A DNA stretch of 64,000 bases from an uncultured Chloroflexia bacterium (GTDB taxonomy: Bacteria > Chloroflexota > Limnocylindria > Limnocylindrales > CSP1-4): assembly GCA_963699965.1 (NCBI GenBank), contig CAVOVX010000008.1, positions 202,353 through 266,352 of the forward strand. Direction: 5' to 3'. The position numbers were made by a program, and so were the translations under genes. The notes beneath the pieces are model-generated. The model saw nothing but the letters and a program-made list of their open reading frames with translations, did not search any database and was not told the origin of the DNA. Positions 31,623 through 41,996 of this stretch are shown here, in pieces (within the stretch, counting starts at the first letter, position 1; the number at the start of each line of letters is the position of its first letter).

Positions 31623-32321
31623 TCAGCTCGGCCCAACCGGCCGCGCCGGGACGACGACCGCCAGGGCGAGACAGGCCGGACAGCAGGCGTCCGTCCAGTC
31701 GAGTACTGCGAGCCCGTCCGCCGCCGACGCGCCCCCGGCAGCCGCCCGGAGCCGTGGCCGCCGGCGGGCGATCAGCCACCAGCCGGCCGCGCCGACCGCG
31801 GCGCGCGCGAGCCCGACCGCGACGAGCGCCGGTCCGGCCTGCGTCGCCAGGCCGAGCGCAGGCGGGCCGAGGATCGCACCCAGGATGAAGTGCCCGGCCA
31901 GGAACACGCCGTTACCGACGAGGAGGCCGACGAGGAACGACGTGGCGACACCGGCGATGGCGCTCGAAGCGATCGCCACGATCCGCACGCCCGGGGTCAT
32001 CCGGGCAGCCGCCACCGCCGTCGCCCCACCGCTCCGGAGCCGAGCAGCACCGCGCTCCACAGTCGCCGGTCCCAACCCGAGCCGCGCCAGGACCCTGAGG
32101 ATCGTCGTCCGCGCACGTCCGCGAACCAGCACGAACTGGACCGCGCCGCCGATCACGGTTGCGGCGACGAGCACGACGACAATCGCAGGAGCGGGCAGGC
32201 CACCCTGGCTGGACGCAACGCACGCGCCGATCACCAGCAGGTCGCCCGGGACCGGGATCGGCACCCCGATCTCCTTGATGGCCAGGACCGTCGCGAGGAA
32301 GACGAGGGCCGTGATGTCCAA
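31623..32321 (-). CDS. DedA/VTT family membrane protein with C-terminal CCPAC motif
   Basis: KEIGVPIPVPGDLL, ARMTPGVR. Confidence 0.82.
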   Translation of the reverse strand: MDITALVFLATVLAIKEIGVPIPVPGDLLVIGACVASSQGGLPAPAIVVVLVAATVIGGAVQFVLVRGRARTTILRVLARLGLGPATVERGAARLRSGGATAVAAARMTPGVRIVAIASSAIAGVATSFLVGLLVGNGVFLAGHFILGAILGPPALGLATQAGPALVAVGLARAAVGAAGWWLIARRRPRLRAAAGGASAADGLAVLDWTDACCPACLALAVVVPARPVGPS

Positions 32322-32328
32322 GCTGTCC

Positions 32329-33360
32329 TCAGACCCCGGCCGATCCGGCGATCGGATCGGCCGGCGCGGGATCCGTCGAGGGAGGCTCGAGGTCCGCCTC
32401 GTCTACGGGCTCGATGCCCCAGCCGAAGCCGAAGACCAGCAGCACGGCGCCGAGTGCACTCAAACCCGCCGAGACGAGCCCGAAGGACGTGATGATCGTG
32501 TTCGCGTTGTCGCCGCTGGCGGCCTGGCTGAAGGCGAGCAACAAGCCGAGGTCGGCGACGGCCCGGCCGAGGACGATCATGAGCGCTCCGAGGAGGATCC
32601 AGCCCCATGGTCGACCTACCCGCCGAGCCGCAATCGACGCGACCCAGGCCCACAGGGCGAGAACCGCGACGCCGAGGCCGACGATCAGCAGGTCGTACGC
32701 GAGCAGCAGCGTGTCGTCGGGAGACTGGGCTCGGAAGACCTCGATCGTCAGGACGATGCCGACAACGGCGACCGCGAGGGACCCGGCCAGGGCCGCGAAC
32801 ACGACCCGGCCGAGCGAGCGGCCCGCCGCCGGGATCGCGCCCAGACCGAGTCCAATCTTGGCCAGCCCGAAGGCCTGGAGGACCAGCCTGGGGACCTGGA
32901 CGACGAGCTCCCGTACGAGGTAGTCAGAGAGCCCCGTGGGCTCGTCGACGCCGAGGCTGGGTTGTCCGGCAACGGCCTGGACGACCTCGCGTCCGAAGAG
33001 CCCGAGCTGCTCTGCGATGGCCAGCGCGACCGCACCCTGGAACAGCCACAATTCCGCCCGCCCGGCAGATCGTCGCCCTACGAGCACCGCGGCCGGCAGG
33101 AGAGCGGTGGCAGCGCCGGCAACGATCGACGACGAGAGGAACAGCAGATTGGAGGGCGAGCTGTCGTCGAGCCTGATCGGCAGCTGACGCCAGATCCGAT
33201 ACCCGGCGTCGAGCGCCGCCAGCCCGGCGAAGAACCAGGCGAGGGTCGGGATCCGGGCGATCCAGCCCGGCGGACGGATCGTCCCGACGATCAGGTCACC
33301 CGAACCATCGGACACGGGCTCCACCTGGTTCTGCGCTTCGTCATCCGAGGCCACGGTCAC
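32329..33360 (-). CDS. Multi-pass hypothetical membrane protein
   Basis: About 8 hydrophobic segments; overlaps the upstream stop. Confidence 0.75.
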   Translation of the reverse strand: MTVASDDEAQNQVEPVSDGSGDLIVGTIRPPGWIARIPTLAWFFAGLAALDAGYRIWRQLPIRLDDSSPSNLLFLSSSIVAGAATALLPAAVLVGRRSAGRAELWLFQGAVALAIAEQLGLFGREVVQAVAGQPSLGVDEPTGLSDYLVRELVVQVPRLVLQAFGLAKIGLGLGAIPAAGRSLGRVVFAALAGSLAVAVVGIVLTIEVFRAQSPDDTLLLAYDLLIVGLGVAVLALWAWVASIAARRVGRPWGWILLGALMIVLGRAVADLGLLLAFSQAASGDNANTIITSFGLVSAGLSALGAVLLVFGFGWGIEPVDEADLEPPSTDPAPADPIAGSAGV

Positions 33361-34101
33361 CCCCGTCCAGCAGGCGCCGGACGACCGGCGCGATCCGCTC
33401 GACCCACAGGGCGTACTGACGGCCGGATGGGTGGAGGCCATCCGACGCGACGAGCGTTCGGTCGCCACCTGCGCGCTCGGACAGGTCGACGATGTCGACG
33501 ACGGCGATCCCCCGGGAGCCCGCAACATCAGTCAGGATCGCGTTGTTCCGCACGATGGCGGCGCGCTGGGCCGCGGGATCCCCGTAGTTGGCCCCGGCCG
33601 GGGTCACGGTGTAGTCGGGTGTCGTCACGACGAGGACCCTGCCGACCGGCAACCGGCCCAGGAGGTGGTCCAGGATCGTCCCGACGTTGGCCCGGTATGT
33701 CGCCTCAGGGACACCCTGGACGACGTCGTTGACCCCGATGAGCAGCGTGACGAACTCCGGCGCGAGCCGGTCGAGCGCAGGCAGCTGGTCCCGGATGACG
33801 TCGCCCGACGTTCGACCATTGACCGCCAGGTTGCCGGCCAGCTCGAGCCGAGGTGCCGGCGCGGGGCCGGCGTCGATCGCGACGACCAGCTGATTCGGCC
33901 AGCGATCGGACTCGGGCGCCGAGGTCCCGATCGTGTACGAGTCGCCCAGGGCGACATACCGAAGGGCTGAGCCGGTCGACGGGCCCGGCGACGACGATGT
34001 CACGGCCGGACGCTACCGACCAAGGCTCGTACAGCAGCGGGCGATGGCGCACACGCCGCGACGACGGCGGCCGTGAGCAGGGCCTCCCATGAATGATCCA
34101 T
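33341..34101 (-). CDS. SGNH/GDSL hydrolase, probably with lipoprotein signal (frameshift ~34003)
   Basis: ALGDSYT, GVND, DGLHP. An upstream frame from ATG 34101 gives LLTAAVVAAC lipobox, with -10 TAGGAT 8 nt upstream. Confidence 0.85.
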
Positions 34102-34181
34102 CGACGAGCATCCTAGCGACGAAGGACCCACGCCGACGAGCTGCCACCCGGTGATCGTAGGTCCGCGGTACCCTCCGGTCG

Positions 34182-35009
34182 ATGTCCGACCGCCAGAGAG
34201 ACCCGCTCGACGCTCCAGCCATCGTCCGACGGCCGGGGATGTCCGGACCGCGGCCCGCCGCCTCGGCCCGGCCGGCGCCCGGTCCGTTCGACCAGCACGA
34301 CTTCCGGGCTCGGTTCGAGTGGGGGCTGGCGGGGGTACGCGCGCTGGCACCGGTCGTCGATCTCGTCGTGATCGTCGACGTCCTGTCGTTCTCGACGGCG
34401 GTCTCGATCGCCGTCGAGCGGGGCGCCCGGGTCGTCCCCTGGCGCGCCCACGACCCGGCCGCTGCCGAGCTCGCCCGTTCGATCGGGGCGACGCTGGCCA
34501 GCCCGAATCGGCGAGCCCCAGGCCCGAGCCTGTCGCCGGCGAGCCTCGCTTCGCTGCGTCCCGGTGACACCGTGGTGCTTCCCTCGCCGAATGGGGCGAG
34601 CTGCGCGGTCGAAGCCGCCGGGTCGGGTCCGATGATCGTGGCGGGTTGCCTGCGCAATGCGGCCGCGGTTGGGCAGCTGGTCGCGACGCACAGTGGCGCG
34701 GTCGCCGTGATCGCGGCCGGCGAGGCCTGGCCGGACGGCAACCTCCGACCGGCCGTCGAGGACCTGATCGGAGCCGGGGCCATCCTGAACGCGGTCGAAT
34801 CGACCGACTTGTCGCCCGAGGCACGGTCGGCCGCGGCCGCCTTCCGGGGCATCCGGATGTCGCTGACCCGCATCCTCCGCGAGTCGGCATCCGGGCGGGA
34901 GCTGGTTGCCGCGGGCTTCGCGGCGGACGTCGAGCTCGCGACGGACCTCGACGCGACCGAGCTCGTGCCAGTCCTCGTCGGGGACGCCTTCGCCGGCGGC
35001 ATGGGGTGA
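34182..35009 (+). CDS. 2-phosphosulfolactate phosphatase (ComB) family
   Basis: VIVDVLSFST, SLSP, PSPNGA, GCLRNA, LRPAVEDLIGAG. Confidence 0.88.
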   Translation: MSDRQRDPLDAPAIVRRPGMSGPRPAASARPAPGPFDQHDFRARFEWGLAGVRALAPVVDLVVIVDVLSFSTAVSIAVERGARVVPWRAHDPAAAELARSIGATLASPNRRAPGPSLSPASLASLRPGDTVVLPSPNGASCAVEAAGSGPMIVAGCLRNAAAVGQLVATHSGAVAVIAAGEAWPDGNLRPAVEDLIGAGAILNAVESTDLSPEARSAAAAFRGIRMSLTRILRESASGRELVAAGFAADVELATDLDATELVPVLVGDAFAGGMG

Positions 35010-35407
35010 GCGACCCCGTCGGGCGCGGACCGAGCCTGGACGACGCGATCGACGCCGTCTTCGACGCGGCCATCGATCGGGCGATCGCCCGTCTCCCCGA
35101 ACCGTTCGCCGAGCGACTCGGCTCGGTCGCCATCGTCATCGAGGACGAGCCGACCGCGGCCCAGCTCGCGAGCGTCGGCGCGGCCGGCCTGTACGGCCTC
35201 TACCAGGGCGTGCCGCGGACTGCATTCGGAGCCGACGCGGCCCCGGTCCCGAGCAAGATCACGATCTTCCGCGGCCCGCTGGTTCGGGCCCACCGCGACC
35301 CGCGGTCGCTCGGCGAAGCGGTCGAGGAGACAACGCTCCACGAGATCGCCCACCATTTCGGCCTGTCCGATGCCCGTCTGGCCGAGCTGAGTCGGACCGG
35401 CCACTGA
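35006..35407 (+). CDS. Zincin-like metallopeptidase family protein
   Basis: LYGLYQGVP, KITIFRGP, HEIAHHFG. Confidence 0.9.
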   Translation: MSDPVGRGPSLDDAIDAVFDAAIDRAIARLPEPFAERLGSVAIVIEDEPTAAQLASVGAAGLYGLYQGVPRTAFGADAAPVPSKITIFRGPLVRAHRDPRSLGEAVEETTLHEIAHHFGLSDARLAELSRTGH

Positions 35408-35565
35408 CCCAATCGGTGTCATCTGGCACCGCTAAAAGGCCGGGCTCGAGCGTGCTGCTGGCACTTCCGTCCTGGACCCCCCGGACCTTCGGGCGACCTC
35501 GCGCCGGTGCGGGGGCATGGGATATCTACGCGCACATCAAGCCTCGCCTCGAGGAAGGCGTCTTC

Positions 35566-37896
35566 GTGCATCCAGAACCGGCCATGATCGAGGGAGACCT
35601 CGCCGCCGAACCCGGACCGATTCGGCTCGTCCGGCTGCGCCTCACGCTCGCGCTCGTCGCCATGGCCTTCGTCCCGATCGCCGTCACGGCGCCGATCCTC
35701 AGTACCGCTCTCGATGGCCAGCGGGCGGCGGAGCAGGCGCAGGTCGATCGCGACGCCGCAGGAGTCGCCAGCGTCCTCGACGCGAGGCTCGCGGCGGCCT
35801 CCACGACCCTCGAGAAGGCGGGCGCCTCGAGCTCCGTGGCCGGCTTTGCGGCCGGGACCAAGGGCACGTCGCCGGGCGCCAAGGCAGCGCTCGCGGTCCT
35901 GTCGGGCGGCGAGGGTGACGGTACGGTCGTGGCGACGCTGCTCGACGCGCGCGGCCGGCAGCTCCTCCGGGCGGTCGGCGGGGAGATCGTGAAGACCAGC
36001 GCGACCGTCGTCGATCCACTCGTCGGGGCCGCGCTGTCGGCAGACCGCGGCGCGATCGAGGTCGGCGACGTCGTCCGCGGGGCGGACGGCGAGGCGCACA
36101 TCGCGCTGGCCACCCCGGTCATGGGCACCGCCAAGTCGGCCAAGCCGATCGGCGTCGTCCGGGTCGAGCTTTCGCTCGATCGGCTCATCGAGCTGGCCAG
36201 CGCCCAGCAGCTGTCGGGGGGAACGGCGCGCCTGGTGGACCGGTTCGGTGGGACGGTCGCACCGGCGGCCGACTCTGCGCCGCCGACCGGCGGGACCGTA
36301 ACCTCGGCGACGAGCCTCCCGTGGCGCGCCGACTGGTCGATCCGGTTTGTTGCCCCGACCAGGCTGGCGGCGCCACCCGTGCCGCTCATCGGCCTCCTCG
36401 CGTTGTTCGTGACGCTGCTGGCTGTGCTCATCCTGTGGATGGCCCGCCAGGTGCTCCGTCCGGCCCAGGAGCTCGCGGCATCGCGCGGTCGGTTGCAGGA
36501 CATGTACGAGCTGGCACGAGGCGACTCGCTCCGCGACATCATCACGGGGCTCGGCAATCACCGCGCGTTCCAGGAGGCATTCGAGCGCCAGGTCGACATC
36601 GCCCGAACCCGCCAGATCTCGCTCGGCCTGGTCCTCATCGACCTCGATGACTTCCAGGCCGTCAACGATGGCGGCGGGCACGCCGCCGGCGACCAGGCAC
36701 TGGCCGCGTTCGGCCGCCTCATCCAGGCCACGCTGCGGCCGATGGATCGCGCGTTCCGAACCGGTGGCGACGAGTTCGCCCTCCTCCTGCCGGGCGCCAC
36801 GGGCGAGGCCGCCGCGGCCGTCGCCCGTCGTCTGCTCGCCACGTCGATGGACGTCCGGCCCGGGCATGGTGAGCCGACACCGCGCTCGTTCTCCGCCGGC
36901 GTGTCGGCCTGTCCCGCGCTGGCCACCGACCGTCGCCAGCTGATGGACCAGGCCGACGCCGCCCTGAACTGGGCGAAGCGGCACGGCCGGACGAGCGTCG
37001 AGCTGTTCGATCCGGCCCGCCATCGGTCGCTCACGCCGACCGACGCACCCGCCATTGAGCAGGCGTCGGTCGGTGTCGCGGAGGTCATCGCCCGGCGGCT
37101 CCTTCGCCCGGTGTACCAACCGATCGTCGATCTCAAGACCGGCCGGGTGGCCGGCTCTGAGGGCCTGATCCGGCCGATGCCCGGATCAGGCTTCGCCAAT
37201 CCCGGCGAGCTCTTCTCGGCGGCCGAGGCGGCCGGACGGACGGTCGAGCTGGACTTCGCCTGCCTCGAGATGGTCGCCGCCGGGGCGGCCGCCATGGGTG
37301 AGGACACGATCCTCACCCTGAACCTGTCGCCGCGAACGTTGGAGGCCGACGACTTCAGCGCCGGATCGCTCGTGGCACTCGTCCGTCGCGTCGGGCTCGA
37401 CCCCACGCGGATCGTCCTCGAGCTCACCGAGCGCGAGCAGATCGAAGAGATGGAGCGCCTTCGCCGGAACGTGACCGCCTGTCGGAGCGCGGGCTTCCGC
37501 CTCGCGGCCGACGACGTCGGCGCCGGCAACGCGGGTCTGCGGCTCCTCAGCCAGCTCCAGTTCGACATCGTCAAGATCGACCTGTCGCTCGTCCAGGGCG
37601 GCGCCGCCTCCGAGTCGTCGATGTCGGTCGTCGGGGCGCTCCAGGACCTCGCTCGACGGTGGGGGGCCTCGGTCATCGCCGAGGGCATCGAAACCGCTGC
37701 CCAGCTCCGGGTCGTCCGGGCGCTCGAAGTCGGCGCCGGCCAGGGTTACCTTCTCGGTCGACCGGGTACGGCCGAGGAGCTGATCGCCCTCGAGTCGAAG
37801 GGCGTCGACATCGAGGGCCTCGCCAAGAAGGACCAGTGGCTCAACCGGATGACCCGCAGCGGAGCCGGCCTGACCGCCCCGGCGAACGTCCGCTGA
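35566..37896 (+). CDS. Membrane sensor GGDEF-EAL diguanylate cyclase/phosphodiesterase
   Basis: Two TMs around an extracytoplasmic domain; RPMD I-site and GGDEF; YQPIV, EGLIR, DDVGAG, KID, AEGIE. Confidence 0.93.
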   Translation: MHPEPAMIEGDLAAEPGPIRLVRLRLTLALVAMAFVPIAVTAPILSTALDGQRAAEQAQVDRDAAGVASVLDARLAAASTTLEKAGASSSVAGFAAGTKGTSPGAKAALAVLSGGEGDGTVVATLLDARGRQLLRAVGGEIVKTSATVVDPLVGAALSADRGAIEVGDVVRGADGEAHIALATPVMGTAKSAKPIGVVRVELSLDRLIELASAQQLSGGTARLVDRFGGTVAPAADSAPPTGGTVTSATSLPWRADWSIRFVAPTRLAAPPVPLIGLLALFVTLLAVLILWMARQVLRPAQELAASRGRLQDMYELARGDSLRDIITGLGNHRAFQEAFERQVDIARTRQISLGLVLIDLDDFQAVNDGGGHAAGDQALAAFGRLIQATLRPMDRAFRTGGDEFALLLPGATGEAAAAVARRLLATSMDVRPGHGEPTPRSFSAGVSACPALATDRRQLMDQADAALNWAKRHGRTSVELFDPARHRSLTPTDAPAIEQASVGVAEVIARRLLRPVYQPIVDLKTGRVAGSEGLIRPMPGSGFANPGELFSAAEAAGRTVELDFACLEMVAAGAAAMGEDTILTLNLSPRTLEADDFSAGSLVALVRRVGLDPTRIVLELTEREQIEEMERLRRNVTACRSAGFRLAADDVGAGNAGLRLLSQLQFDIVKIDLSLVQGGAASESSMSVVGALQDLARRWGASVIAEGIETAAQLRVVRALEVGAGQGYLLGRPGTAEELIALESKGVDIEGLAKKDQWLNRMTRSGAGLTAPANVR

Positions 37897-37983
37897 GCGA
37901 CCATCAACCGACCCTCCGAATCGGCGATTAGGTCTGGCACCGGGACATGGAGCCGACTATCCTTCGGTGACGGCGAGGCGGTC

Positions 37984-38013
37984 TTGCCGCGGCCACAGCC
38001 GCCCGGCTACGAT
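37984..38013 (+). promoter_or_regulatory. Sigma70-type promoter of the ABC operon
   Basis: TTGCCG-N18-TACGAT. Confidence 0.55.
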
Positions 38014-38106
38014 GCGGCCTCTGCGGCCGCTCGGCGCCAAGCCGGCATCCGACCGAGCGACGAGGCCCGGGTCTGCCGGCTGCCCACGGCTCATCGAGGA
38101 GGAACG

Positions 38107-39204
38107 ATGCGCAACCGAGCTATCGGGCTCAGTGTCCTGTTCATGCTCTCGCTTGCCGCCACGGCCTGTGCGGGGTCGTCGGCCGACACCAAGAAGGTCG
38201 GTCTCGTCACGGACGTCGGGACGCTCGAGGACAAGTCATTCAACGAGGCGTCGTGGGTCGGGGCCCAGGCGGGCGCCAAGGCCATCGGCGGGACCGCAAG
38301 CAACATCGTGACCAAGGCGCCCGCCGACTACGCGACGAACATCAAGACGTTCGTCGACCAGGGCTACGGGACGATCGTGACCGTCGGCTTCGCCATGGGT
38401 GACGCCACGACGGCGGCTGCCAAGCAGTACCCGAACGTCAAGTTCGTCGGCGTCGACCAGGGTGTCTGTATCGACGAGACCGGCAAGAGCGACCCGAAGT
38501 TCGCCTGCAAGGGCGATCCGAAGAAGCTCCTGCCGAACTACCAGGGCCTCGTCTTCAAGGAGGAGCAGGTCGGCTACCTCGCGGGCGTGCTCGCTGGCAG
38601 CGTCTCGAAGTCGGGCGTGATCGGCACGGTTGGCGGCATCAACACGATCCCGGCCGTCGTCCGCTACATCAACGGCTATCGCAACGGCGCCGCCTCGGTC
38701 GGGATCAAGCCCGAGAACGTCAAGGTTGCCTATGTGTCGACCGACATCACCAAGGCCTTCAACGATCCGGGCACGGGCAAGTCGATCGGCCAGCAGATGA
38801 TCGGCCAGAAGGCCGACGTGATCTTCCAGGTCGCCGGGCTGTCCGGCGCCGGAGCGATCGAAGCCGCCTGTGCCACGCCGGGCGTCATCGGCATCGGCGT
38901 CGACGTCGACCAGTCGAAGTCCCTGCCGCAGTCGGCCAAGTGCATCCTGACGAGCGCCGAGAAGAAGCTCGTCGACGCCGTCACGGCGGCGATCACGAAG
39001 ATCGGGAACAAGACCGACGTCGGCGGCACGGCCGTCTGGGATGCTTCGACCACGCCGGTCGGGGTCGGCCTGTCACCGTTCGGCAGCGACTACAAGGACC
39101 TCGTCACCCCGGAGATCCAGGCCAAGATCGACGCGGCCCTCGCCGGGATGAAGGCTGGAACGGTCGACCCCTGCAAGCCGACCGCCTGCGACAACAAGTC
39201 GTAG
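38107..39204 (+). CDS. BMP family ABC substrate-binding lipoprotein (nucleoside-type)
   Basis: Lipobox AATAC, DKSFNE, GYLAG, ADVIFQVAG, IGVDVDQ. Confidence 0.93.
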   Translation: MRNRAIGLSVLFMLSLAATACAGSSADTKKVGLVTDVGTLEDKSFNEASWVGAQAGAKAIGGTASNIVTKAPADYATNIKTFVDQGYGTIVTVGFAMGDATTAAAKQYPNVKFVGVDQGVCIDETGKSDPKFACKGDPKKLLPNYQGLVFKEEQVGYLAGVLAGSVSKSGVIGTVGGINTIPAVVRYINGYRNGAASVGIKPENVKVAYVSTDITKAFNDPGTGKSIGQQMIGQKADVIFQVAGLSGAGAIEAACATPGVIGIGVDVDQSKSLPQSAKCILTSAEKKLVDAVTAAITKIGNKTDVGGTAVWDASTTPVGVGLSPFGSDYKDLVTPEIQAKIDAALAGMKAGTVDPCKPTACDNKS

Positions 39205-39226
39205 CCTGATCGTCAACGTCTAACGT

Positions 39227-39263
39227 CCGAGAACGGGCCGGCATCGCGTCGGCCCGTTCTCGG
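39227..39263 (+). terminator. Intercistronic 14-bp stem-loop after the BMP gene
   Basis: CCGAGAACGGGCCG / CGGCCCGTTCTCGG; no U tract, so more likely an mRNA stabiliser or partial terminator. Confidence 0.6.
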
Positions 39264-39291
39264 TATCCGGCCTGAATCATCGAGCCACCAG

Positions 39292-40845
39292 GTGGACATT
39301 GTGACCGAGGCCACCCCCGTGCTCTCGATGCGCGGGATCACCAAGCGCTACCCGGGCGTCCTGGCCAACGACGCCATCGATCTCGACCTTCGCCCGGGCG
39401 AGATCCATGCGCTGCTCGGCGAGAACGGCGCGGGCAAGTCGACCCTAATGAACATTCTGTACGGGCTGGCAGTGCCCGACGAGGGATCGATCCTGATCGA
39501 CGGCCAGCCTGTGGAGATCCTCGGCCCGCACGACGCGATCGATCGCGGGATCAGCATGGTCCACCAGCACTTCATGCTCGTCCCGGTCCTGACCGTGGCC
39601 GAGAACATCGTCCTCGGCGAGGAAACGATGGCCAACCCTGTCTTTCTCGATGAGAAGGAGGCCAGCCGCAGGATCAAGGCGTTCGGAGAGCAGTTCGGGT
39701 TCGAGATCGACCCGGATGCTCGGATCGACACATTGTCCGTCGGCTCACAGCAGCGGGTCGAGATCCTCAAGGCGCTCTATCGCAAGGCACGGATCCTCGT
39801 CCTCGACGAGCCCACTGCCGTGCTCACGCCGCAGGAGACCGAGGAGATCTTCGCGGTCCTCCGTCGGCTGGCGGCCGAGGGCCATTCGATCATCTTCATC
39901 AGTCACAAACTCTACGAGGTCCTCGAGATTGCCGATCGGATCACGGTCATCCGGCGCGGCCGGGTGGTCGGCGAGCGGATCCCGAGCGAGACGAACGAGG
40001 AGGACCTGGCCGAGCTGATGGTCGGCCGAAACGTTCAGCTGACGGTCGATCGTGGCGAGTCGCATGCGGCCGGCGTCGTGCTGTCGGTTCGCGGGCTGCG
40101 GGCGAAGGACGATCGGGGGCGGGAGGTGGTTCGGGGAGTCGACCTCGAGGTGCGGGCCGGCGAAACCCTCGGAATCGCCGGCGTGGCGGGCAATGGCCAG
40201 GACGAGCTGGTCGAGGTGCTGACCGGACTGCGCAAGCCGAGTGCCGGCAGCGTCACGATGATCGGGTCCGACGTCACCGGCTGGGGTCCACGCCAGCTCT
40301 ACGAGGCCGGTCTCGCCCACGTCCCGGGCGACCGTCACCGCTGGGCGATGATCATGAGCTTCCCGCTCGAGGACAACCTCGTCCTGACCAGCTACTACCG
40401 GCCGCCGTTCGCCCGCGGCCCGGTCCGCCAGGATGCCGCGATCGACGCCTGGGCGAAGGAGCTCATCGAACGCTTCGACATCCGAACGCCTTCTGCGACG
40501 GTGACCGCCGAGACCCTGTCCGGCGGCAATCAGCAGAAGGCCGTGGTGGCGCGCGAGTTCAGCAGCGAGCCCAAGGTGCTCGTGCTCGACCAGCCGACCC
40601 GAGGCCTCGACGTCGGCAGCATCGAGTTCATCCACAACCGTGCGATCGAGATGCGCGATGCGGGGTCGGCGATCCTGCTCGTCTCGGCCGAGCTTGACGA
40701 GGTCCTGGAGCTGTCCGACCGGATTGCGGTGATGTACCGCGGGGAGCTGGTGGCGACACTCGAGGGTCGCGGCGCCAGCAAGGAGGAAGTCGGCCTGCTG
40801 ATGGCCACCGGACGGCGCGACTCCGACGCCAGGGCCGCGTCGTGA
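39292..40845 (+). CDS. Sugar/nucleoside ABC transporter ATPase (two NBDs)
   Basis: GENGAGKST, LDEPTAVL, LSGGNQQK, DQPTRGLD. Confidence 0.95.
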   Translation: MDIVTEATPVLSMRGITKRYPGVLANDAIDLDLRPGEIHALLGENGAGKSTLMNILYGLAVPDEGSILIDGQPVEILGPHDAIDRGISMVHQHFMLVPVLTVAENIVLGEETMANPVFLDEKEASRRIKAFGEQFGFEIDPDARIDTLSVGSQQRVEILKALYRKARILVLDEPTAVLTPQETEEIFAVLRRLAAEGHSIIFISHKLYEVLEIADRITVIRRGRVVGERIPSETNEEDLAELMVGRNVQLTVDRGESHAAGVVLSVRGLRAKDDRGREVVRGVDLEVRAGETLGIAGVAGNGQDELVEVLTGLRKPSAGSVTMIGSDVTGWGPRQLYEAGLAHVPGDRHRWAMIMSFPLEDNLVLTSYYRPPFARGPVRQDAAIDAWAKELIERFDIRTPSATVTAETLSGGNQQKAVVAREFSSEPKVLVLDQPTRGLDVGSIEFIHNRAIEMRDAGSAILLVSAELDEVLELSDRIAVMYRGELVATLEGRGASKEEVGLLMATGRRDSDARAAS

Positions 40846-41996
40846 CCGTGGTCGACGACCGCCCGGCCGAGCGGTTCTGGCGGCGCGGGCGGCTGGGCCA
40901 GGTCTTCGCGATCGCCGCCGTGCCGGTCGCGTCGGTCGTGCTGGCCCTCATCGTGGCGGGCCTGATCATCCTGGCGTCGAGCGTCGTCACGACCGGCTCG
41001 ATCGATTGGGCGTTGCCCTTCGTCGCGTATCGGGCGCTGCTGCAAGGCTCGATCGGCTCGGAGACGGCCATCCTCAACACGATCCTTCAGGCCACGCCCC
41101 TGGTCCTCGGCGGGCTCGCCGTCGGGATCGGCTTCAAGGCCGGGCTGTTCAACATCGGCGGTCTCGGCCAGTTCCTGCTCGCGGCGACGGCGGCGGCCGG
41201 CGTCGGGGCCGCTCTGGCGACCACGCCGGCGCCGATCGCGATCACCGCAGCGCTCCTGGCCGGGATGGCCGCCGGAGCCTTCTGGGGCTGGATCCCCGGC
41301 GCACTGAAGGCCTGGTCGGGCGCCCACGAAGTCGTCACCACGATCATGCTCAACTCGATCGCGGCGGCGGTGATCGGCTTCCTCATCCTCGGGCCGCTCC
41401 TGGCGCCGGGCTACTCATTCGGCCGCACCGGCGATCTTGGCAACAGCGTCCTGCCGATCGTCCTCGGCACCAACGTCCACCTCGGGGTCGTCCTCGCGGT
41501 CCTCGCCGTGCCGGTCGTCTGGTGGTTGCTGTACCGGAGCACGCTCGGGTTCGAGATCCGGAGCGTCGGGGCGAACCCGAGCGCCGCTCGTTACGCGGGG
41601 ATGCGGCCGCGGTTCCTGATCATGCTCACGATGACGATGTCGGGTCTCCTCTTCGGGATCGCCGGATCGATCGAGATCCTCGGCGTCAGCCACTTCATGA
41701 TCCCCTCGTACGGGACCGCGATCGGGTTCGATGCGATCGCGGTCGCCCTGCTCGGCCGATCGCATCCGTTCGGGATCGCCGCGGCGGCCCTCCTGTTCGG
41801 TGCCCTTCGCGCCGGAGCCGGACTGATGCAGGTCCTGGCCGGCATCCCGGTCGAGATCATCGACGTCATCCAGGCGATCATCCTTCTCTTCCTTGCCGCC
41901 GACATCGTCGTCCGGCGCCTGTTCCGGATCCGGGCTGCCGGAGGGATCGCTGACCTCAAGACCGTCACCAGCTCGTACGCCGGGCGGGCTGCCTGA
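40842..41996 (+). CDS. Nucleoside-type ABC permease
   Basis: GLFNIGG, HEVVTTIMLN, GANPSAARYAG. Confidence 0.93.
   Translation: MTVVDDRPAERFWRRGRLGQVFAIAAVPVASVVLALIVAGLIILASSVVTTGSIDWALPFVAYRALLQGSIGSETAILNTILQATPLVLGGLAVGIGFKAGLFNIGGLGQFLLAATAAAGVGAALATTPAPIAITAALLAGMAAGAFWGWIPGALKAWSGAHEVVTTIMLNSIAAAVIGFLILGPLLAPGYSFGRTGDLGNSVLPIVLGTNVHLGVVLAVLAVPVVWWLLYRSTLGFEIRSVGANPSAARYAGMRPRFLIMLTMTMSGLLFGIAGSIEILGVSHFMIPSYGTAIGFDAIAVALLGRSHPFGIAAAALLFGALRAGAGLMQVLAGIPVEIIDVIQAIILLFLAADIVVRRLFRIRAAGGIADLKTVTSSYAGRAA

Noticed and set aside
35407-35565. c-di-GMP riboswitch or sigma54 promoter before the GGDEF-EAL gene
   Set aside because: No GEMM motifs; the TGGCAC lacks the -12 GC at the required spacing.
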